Of a DNA stretch of 32,000 bases, positions 26,499 to 32,000 are shown in pieces. The notes under the pieces were generated by a model. That model ran no database searches. It worked only from the letters and a program-made list of their open reading frames with translations, and was not told where the DNA came from. Where the stretch lies: positions 750,001 through 782,000 of the forward strand of contig MGBH01000001.1 in NCBI GenBank assembly GCA_001790095.1, written 5' to 3'. Numbering within the stretch: position 1 is the stretch's first letter; each line of letters begins with the position of its first letter. Position numbers and translations under genes: made by a program. Origin of the DNA: Candidatus Saccharimonadota bacterium. GTDB lineage: Bacteria; Patescibacteriota; Microgenomatia; UBA1406; GWC2-37-13.

Positions 26499-28670
26499 AT
26501 GAGTGAAACACCAAGACCACCCCTGCAGCCGAGATCACATGAAGCGATCGCTACCACTTCACTTCTTGAAAAACCAAAAGCTTCAGGCGGTCCAACCCCA
26601 AAAGAGTCCCTATTGGTCTGGCAACAAAGACAAACTCTTCTTGATGCTATCCGTAACAATCCAACCGTCATACTAGCTGCAGGTACTGGCACCGGCAAAA
26701 CTCGTGCCGGTTCACAGATCTGTCTTGAGGCAATCGGACCATCCGGCAAAATGATTGTGACAGAGAATCTCCGTAAAGCCACCGACGACAGCGCTAAGAT
26801 CGTCGCCTCAGATATGGGAGTTAAGGTAGGCGAAGAGGTAGGTGTACAAAATAAATACCGTCATCAAACATCGGAAAAAACTCGGCTCCTTTTTTGTCCG
26901 GTGCAGTCCCTTCTTATCAAGATGGCAGATCCTTTGAATAAGGATCTGCCTGAATACAACTTGATTGCGATGGATGAGGTACACAAAGAGTCAAAACAAA
27001 ATGAGCTTTGTATGATAGCGCTTCGGGAGATACAGGCCAGACGACAAAAAGGCAATCCGCAAGGTTTACCTGAACTCAAACTTGTTTTTATCTCAGCTAC
27101 AGCTGATAAAGACAAAATCATGAAACACTTCTCCGGAGCAAAGACAGTAGAGATGCCTGGAACCACTTATGATGTTGATGAGATTTTTGAAGATAAACCC
27201 GTGCCGGTAAAAGCACTTCCGCTTGTTGCCGCTGAGAAGGTTAGATCTGCAATAAGCAAAAACGATCCGGGCAATATCCTTGTCTTTTTATCAGGAAGAG
27301 CCCAGATCGATCAGGCAGCAAAAAGTCTGCATGGTATGGATCTCAAAGATACGGTTATTGTCCCCTATTATGGGAGCATGTCAAAAGCAGATCAGGAAAG
27401 GACTTTCGCCGAATATGGTAACAAAAGAAAAGTAATACTTGCAACCAATGCAGCACAAGAATCACTCACTCTTACGATAAATACTGTCATCGATACCTGT
27501 ATGCATAAACATCAGGAGTTTGATAAACTCACCGGACGTAGTTTTCTTGTTGAAAAATCAGCCCCTTTTGATCATCTGATGCAGCGAAGAGGAAGAGTGG
27601 GGCGAAATCCGCCCGAAAGCGGAGCAAAAGACAAATATTATGCACTCATCACCAAAGATGAATGGAAGCGGAGAAAACAGTATGAAGAACATGAACCAGC
27701 TGAGATGCAACGAACAGATCTTACATCAGAAGTCTTACTGCTTTTAGCAAACCAAAAAGATCCTTATTCTTTTCCATATATCAACCCACCCGACAGATCG
27801 CATATTGACATAGCGCTTGAACGCTTAAGTAAAATAGGCGCAGTACAGGGAGGAGTGTTGACTGAAAAAGGCAAATTCATGGCATCTTTATCAATCAATC
27901 CAAATCTGGGAAGTATGGTTGGATCTGCTATCAAATATGGATCCGTGAATCAAGCATGCAAGTTAGCAGCAATGCTTGAGGAATATCCGGATGCTTTGAA
28001 TGCAAGAGGAAACAAATCTGTTGAAAAGATCTTGTCCAGATACAAGACGTCAGGATCAGACTTTATGGGTCTTATTGCTTTTTTTGATGATTATGAACAA
28101 GTTCCACCCGGACAAAGAAAAAAGTGGCTTGAAGAGAGGGGGCACGGTGTCCAAAAAATGAGAGACGTATTTGATCTGTATAATGAACTTACCGATGCAA
28201 CAAAAGATAAGATAAGGGTTTCCGCTTCAGCACTTTTACCGCAAGAGGCTCTTGACGCATCTATAAGAGAGGGGTTTGCAGACAGCTTGGTAACCAATAT
28301 AAACAAAGACACCTACCACCTCATAAATATGCAGGGAAGTACTCGGATCGAAATAGATAAGCAATCAGCTCTTGCTTCAAGACCTCCTCATACATTTGTT
28401 TTTGCTAGTGTCAACCCATATTTTGAAGGTGATCATATCACCAAAAGGTTAGCTACGCTCAATCACCCGCTGAAGGAAGAAATAAAGCCACAATCTTCTA
28501 TGACTACATCATCAACCCTCCCTGATGAGTTACAACAGTCATCGCCCACTCCTCCATCATCCGTTCAAACACCTGAAAAACCATCACCTCCACCAAAACC
28601 TCCAAACATTTGGAAACGATTCACTAATTGGTTCTCCAATACCTGGCTTGGAAAATGGTTGAGGTCATAG
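26499..28670 (+). CDS. DEAH-box (DExH, HrpA/HrpB-like) ATP-dependent helicase
   Basis: Helicase motifs I AAGTGTGKT, II DEVH, III SAT, V TNAAQESLT and VI QRRGRVGR. Pro/Ser-rich segment and a Trp-rich C-terminal tail. TATAAT at 26486-26491 lies 7 nt upstream of the ATG. Confidence 0.85.
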   Translation: MSETPRPPLQPRSHEAIATTSLLEKPKASGGPTPKESLLVWQQRQTLLDAIRNNPTVILAAGTGTGKTRAGSQICLEAIGPSGKMIVTENLRKATDDSAKIVASDMGVKVGEEVGVQNKYRHQTSEKTRLLFCPVQSLLIKMADPLNKDLPEYNLIAMDEVHKESKQNELCMIALREIQARRQKGNPQGLPELKLVFISATADKDKIMKHFSGAKTVEMPGTTYDVDEIFEDKPVPVKALPLVAAEKVRSAISKNDPGNILVFLSGRAQIDQAAKSLHGMDLKDTVIVPYYGSMSKADQERTFAEYGNKRKVILATNAAQESLTLTINTVIDTCMHKHQEFDKLTGRSFLVEKSAPFDHLMQRRGRVGRNPPESGAKDKYYALITKDEWKRRKQYEEHEPAEMQRTDLTSEVLLLLANQKDPYSFPYINPPDRSHIDIALERLSKIGAVQGGVLTEKGKFMASLSINPNLGSMVGSAIKYGSVNQACKLAAMLEEYPDALNARGNKSVEKILSRYKTSGSDFMGLIAFFDDYEQVPPGQRKKWLEERGHGVQKMRDVFDLYNELTDATKDKIRVSASALLPQEALDASIREGFADSLVTNINKDTYHLINMQGSTRIEIDKQSALASRPPHTFVFASVNPYFEGDHITKRLATLNHPLKEEIKPQSSMTTSSTLPDELQQSSPTPPSSVQTPEKPSPPPKPPNIWKRFTNWFSNTWLGKWLRS

Positions 28671-28688
28671 AAAAAGCTTCCTAGTAAT

Positions 28689-28713
28689 CTAGTACACTTC
28701 CGAAGTGTACTAG
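28689..28713 (+). repeat. REP-like palindromic hairpin, copy 3 (extended stem CTAGTACAC...GTGTACTAG)
   Basis: The core 19-mer at 28692-28710 is exact. Lies 21 nt after the helicase stop and 146 nt upstream of the RAYT-like gene. Confidence 0.85.
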
Positions 28714-28855
28714 ACCGTCAACACAATCTATACTCCAATTTTTTATTTTCGTGAGATCTCGTTTCATTTTTTTGCATTACTAACTCACGCCAATATAACT
28801 ATTTTGTAGCATATAATCCATTGTCTATCTTTTCTTTTTTTTCTATTCTAATAAC

Positions 28856-29542
28856 ATGCCTTTAAGAGAAGATGTGTTTGAGAATAATGGTTATTATCAT
28901 ATCTTTGATAAAACAATTGATGACATAATGGTGTTTTCTTCTCCAAAGATCGCTTACGAATTTATCAGCACTTTTTTATATTATCGTTCCAATAGAGCAA
29001 GTTTACGATATTCAAAGTACAAAAAACTAGTTCCTACCCTCAAAAGAAATCTAGAAAGATTAATTTCCTACGGAAAATACTTCAAAGTAAATATTTTAGC
29101 CTATTGTATCATGCCAAATCACTATCACCTGCTTCTACAACAAACTCACCATGGCGGAATACAAACATTTATGGCAAACACCCTAAACTCTATCACTAGA
29201 TTTTATAATTTATTACATAACAGAAAGGGGCCAATCTTTCTTACTCAGTTCAAATCAAAAAAGATACATACTGAGGAACAGCTTGTTTACGTTTCTCGAT
29301 ATATCCACACAAACCCTTTTGCGAGTTCCATCGTTAAAAGAAAGGGTGATATTTTTGTTTATCCATATTCTTCCATTCACTCTTACCTGAGAAATAGTAA
29401 CAATCAATACATCATTACAAAAAACAAAATCCTTACATATTTTGGGAATGATAAGGAAACGTATATGGATTTCATTATCAAAAATGCAGATAGACAAAAG
29501 GAGATTGAACATTTAAAATACACAAAGAATTGGCTAAAGTAA
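28856..29542 (+). CDS. IS200/IS605-family Y1 (HUH) transposase, REP-associated (RAYT)-like
   Basis: HUH motif in MPNHYHLLLQ. Catalytic-Tyr region YVSRYIHTNPF. Size (228 aa) and flanking palindromes fit the RAYT arrangement. Confidence 0.75.
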   Translation: MPLREDVFENNGYYHIFDKTIDDIMVFSSPKIAYEFISTFLYYRSNRASLRYSKYKKLVPTLKRNLERLISYGKYFKVNILAYCIMPNHYHLLLQQTHHGGIQTFMANTLNSITRFYNLLHNRKGPIFLTQFKSKKIHTEEQLVYVSRYIHTNPFASSIVKRKGDIFVYPYSSIHSYLRNSNNQYIITKNKILTYFGNDKETYMDFIIKNADRQKEIEHLKYTKNWLK

Positions 29543-29567
29543 TTACCTAGACTATTGTAACAATCCA

Positions 29568-29586
29568 GTACACTTCGGAAGTGTAC
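29568..29586 (-). repeat. REP-like palindromic hairpin, copy 4 (inverted)
   Basis: GTACACTTCGGAAGTGTAC is the exact reverse complement of the other three copies. Flank similarity to copy 1 extends to about 35 nt. Confidence 0.85.
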
Positions 29587-29714
29587 AAGCGCAATGATAT
29601 AGGCCAAAGTACATAATAGAATAATTATCTTATGGTAAGGCTCCAGATATACAATTTTGTATCACAGAAGCTCTCGAAGTAATTAGCAAAATATAATAGC
29701 CTTTCTACTATCAC

Positions 29715-29933
29715 ATGAAAGGCAATTTTGTATATAAACGATTAGGACAACGTATCTATGACGAAAGAAAACGAAGAGGACTATCCCAAGAAGATCTAGC
29801 CGGTATCACCACTCTCCATCGAACTCATATCGCCCGCATTGAAAAAGGATACATCAATCCTTCATTTATGACGCTTTATCTGCTTGCAAGAAAGTTTCGT
29901 ATGAATGTAAGTCGATTGCTCAAAGGTGTATAA
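29715..29933 (+). CDS. XRE-family helix-turn-helix transcriptional regulator (72 aa)
   Basis: LSQEDLAGITTLHRTHIARIEKGYINPSFMTLYLLARKF is a typical Cro/C1-type HTH. Confidence 0.8.
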   Translation: MKGNFVYKRLGQRIYDERKRRGLSQEDLAGITTLHRTHIARIEKGYINPSFMTLYLLARKFRMNVSRLLKGV

Positions 29934-29954
29934 ATAATATATAATCTTCAATAT

Positions 29955-32000
29955 ATGCCTCTCTTTTCTCATCTACAGATCCGTAATCCCAAAGAAGACG
30001 AAACACCCATTGAGTCAGCGACCCAGATATTTGCATCGGTTCTTCCTTATCCTTTCCTTCCCCTATTAAAACGTACCTTGTTTGTCCATCCCAAGACCTA
30101 TGCGTTTGAGATCTATCTTATCAATCAGCTTGTTTATTTTTACGTAACTACACCCGCAGTAAGTGAAACTTTGATCCAAAGTCTTGTAACATCCTCTTTT
30201 CCCTCTTCAAAAATCACAAAAACGACTGACCCCATGGAAATTATCTTTAAATCAAAACATCTTTCAGTCGGCGAGGTAATCTTAAATTCATATTCATACC
30301 TACCTATTAAAACTTACTTTGATTTTAAAGACGTTGATCCTTTATCAGCTCTGGTGGGATTTTTGTCCAAACAACCTCCTCATCTCAAAATGGCAGTGCA
30401 GATCGTCGTCACACCCCCCTATTTTGCATGGCAAGACCGGGCAGTAAAAGCTGCAGGGCTTCAGGTATATGATGAAAACGCCTTGAAATATACGATGAAT
30501 CCACAGAAGATGGTCATCATGAAAAAAGCCACATTTCAAGGGGGTAAAGTAGGTATCCGTCTTTTGGCTGGCACAAATACACCTCATTTTGATCCTATGC
30601 CCTATGTGTCAAATCTTGCTGGTACATTTGGAAGTTTTTCGCTTGGTGAAGGTAATCAGTTTGTATTCAAACGCCCCATTTTTTTCAAAGATTGGCTTCT
30701 CAAACGCGTAAAAGAAAGGTCTCTGTCTTACTTTGAACACAAAAATCAAATCCTAAACTCTCAAGAGCTAGCCACACTCTGGCATCCGCCAGGAATACTT
30801 CTTGCTGGTATTAAAAATATTTCATGGGGTAAAACATTGATTGGAGAACCGCCAGAAAATCTGCCTGTTGCAGACCGTGCAACTGATGAAGAAAAAAAGT
30901 CCATTAACTTCTTTGCCAAGACTGAGTTTCGTAATAAAGATACTATCTTTGGTATCAAAGATGCAGATCGTCGCAAACATGTATATATCATCGGGAAAAC
31001 AGGAGCGGGTAAATCTACTCTCATCGCCAATATGGCGATAGATGATATCAGGAAAGGTCGAGGTATTGGTATTGTTGATCCGCACGGTGATCTTTGTGAG
31101 ACCATACTTGACTTTATACCTAAACGTCGTCTTAACGATGTAGTATACCTTGAACCCTTTGATCTGGAACGGCCCTTTTCCCTCAATGTTCTTGAGATCA
31201 AAAATAAACAGCATAAAGACCTTATCTCATCAGGTATCGTATCTATTTTCAGCAAACTCTATAAAGACAGCTGGGGTCCACGACTTGAATATATCCTACG
31301 CAACGTCATCCTTACGCTTCTTGAGACACCGGGAAGTTCACTTCCTGATGTCTTATCTCTTTTAGCTCATGCTGATTATCGAAAAAAGGTGGTATCTGCA
31401 CTTACAGATCCTGTCCTTAAAAGTTTCTGGGAAAAAGAATTCGCCAAGATGCCCGACCGTTTGAAAGCCGAGGCTATCTCCCCTATCCAAAACAAAGTCG
31501 GACAGTTTGTAACCTCACGCATGATACGCAATATCGTTGGTAAACCAAAGTCATCCATAAATCTTGAAGAGATCATGAACTCAGGTAAAATCCTGCTGTT
31601 GAATCTGTCACAGGGCAAGCTTGGAGAAGATAATGCGGCTTTGCTTGGAGCTATGCTCATAACCCAAATACAGCTTGCTGCCATGAATAGAAGTTTCATG
31701 AAAGAGGAAGAACGTAAAGACTTTTTTCTTTATGTAGATGAGTTCCAGAATTTTGCAACAACATCATTTATCAAAATTTTGTCTGAAGCTCGCAAATACC
31801 GGCTTGCTCTTACTCTAACTAACCAGTATATCGAACAGCTTGAAGAAGATATCGAACGCGCAATATTTGGTAATGTAGGCACCCTTATTTCTTTTGTCGT
31901 TGGCGCCAGAGATGCGTATGCACTTTCTAAAGAATTCGGGGAGCTATATGAAGAAAGCGATTTGGTAGCACTTGGCAAATTTGAAACCGTCATGAAACTA
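29955..32000 (+). CDS. VirD4/TraG/TraD-like (type IV coupling protein family) P-loop ATPase, 3' end outside the window
   Basis: Not in the ORF track because there is no stop inside the window. My hand translation from ATG 29955 is open for 682 codons. Walker A is IIGKTGAGKST (nt ~30990). Walker B-like FFLYVDEFQNF. LTNQY follows. Confidence 0.7.
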   Translation, partial: MPLFSHLQIRNPKEDETPIESATQIFASVLPYPFLPLLKRTLFVHPKTYAFEIYLINQLVYFYVTTPAVSETLIQSLVTSSFPSSKITKTTDPMEIIFKSKHLSVGEVILNSYSYLPIKTYFDFKDVDPLSALVGFLSKQPPHLKMAVQIVVTPPYFAWQDRAVKAAGLQVYDENALKYTMNPQKMVIMKKATFQGGKVGIRLLAGTNTPHFDPMPYVSNLAGTFGSFSLGEGNQFVFKRPIFFKDWLLKRVKERSLSYFEHKNQILNSQELATLWHPPGILLAGIKNISWGKTLIGEPPENLPVADRATDEEKKSINFFAKTEFRNKDTIFGIKDADRRKHVYIIGKTGAGKSTLIANMAIDDIRKGRGIGIVDPHGDLCETILDFIPKRRLNDVVYLEPFDLERPFSLNVLEIKNKQHKDLISSGIVSIFSKLYKDSWGPRLEYILRNVILTLLETPGSSLPDVLSLLAHADYRKKVVSALTDPVLKSFWEKEFAKMPDRLKAEAISPIQNKVGQFVTSRMIRNIVGKPKSSINLEEIMNSGKILLLNLSQGKLGEDNAALLGAMLITQIQLAAMNRSFMKEEERKDFFLYVDEFQNFATTSFIKILSEARKYRLALTLTNQYIEQLEEDIERAIFGNVGTLISFVVGARDAYALSKEFGELYEESDLVALGKFETVMKL

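Larger units (their letters stand above)
28689..29586 (+). mobile_element. RAYT-like transposase gene bracketed by oppositely oriented REP-like hairpins
   Basis: Hairpin with centre TTCCGAA at 28692-28710 and its reverse complement (centre TTCGGAA) at 29568-29586. They flank the HUH-Y1 transposase ORF. Confidence 0.65.

Noticed and set aside
26480-26782. 100-aa minus-strand ORF over the helicase 5' end.
   Set aside because: It overlaps the helicase N-terminus and Walker A region. It has no independent support.
28689-28713. REP-like hairpins considered as ordinary rho-independent terminators.
   Set aside because: None of the four copies is followed by a U-tract. Contrast the genuine terminator at 14442-14472. 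The association with a Y1 transposase explains them better.
30345-31993. Minus-strand and alternate-frame ORFs (30345..30587, 30761..31255, 30822..31214, 31376..31699, 31730..31993 and others).
   Set aside because: All lie inside the 682-codon open frame of the coupling-protein-like ATPase, which has clear Walker motifs.
1-32000. CRISPR arrays, rRNA genes, integrases, restriction-modification genes or known defence genes.
   Set aside because: I found no regularly spaced direct repeats. The only tandem repeat is the in-frame 18-mer at 18074. No translation showed the corresponding motifs.

Overview
This is a low-GC bacterial chromosomal window (about 37% GC in a sampled 60-nt line) with tightly packed genes. 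The gene content is ychF, def, rpmB, an M50 protease, a SpoU/TrmH methyltransferase, tRNA-Thr, GT2/GT-C glycosylation genes and many small hypothetical secreted or membrane proteins. It resembles a small-genome Patescibacteria/CPR-type organism, but that is inference only.

Main observations:
1. A roughly 2.7 kb compositionally foreign segment lies at 16.5-19.2 kb. A consensus sigma70-type promoter is followed by about 0.9 kb of ORF-poor, hairpin-dense sequence. Two GC-rich genes follow (70% GC in a sampled line), and both use strong Shine-Dalgarno sites.
2. By contrast, at least ten native genes carry a TATAAT-like box only 5-7 nt upstream of the ATG, which is a leaderless architecture.
3. 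A REP-like 19-nt palindrome, GTACACTTCCGAAGTGTAC, occurs four times. Two oppositely oriented copies flank an IS200/RAYT-type HUH-Y1 transposase.
4. A decayed duplicate of the ychF promoter and its first ~40 codons lies 1.7 kb upstream of the intact ychF. The two copies bracket a CYTH-like gene whose frame stays open 75 codons upstream of its first ATG with no canonical start codon.
5. An XRE regulator and a VirD4/TraG-like ATPase run off the window end.
6. A DEAH-box helicase and a protein with a Tat-type signal are also present.

I saw no CRISPR array, rRNA or recognisable defence gene.
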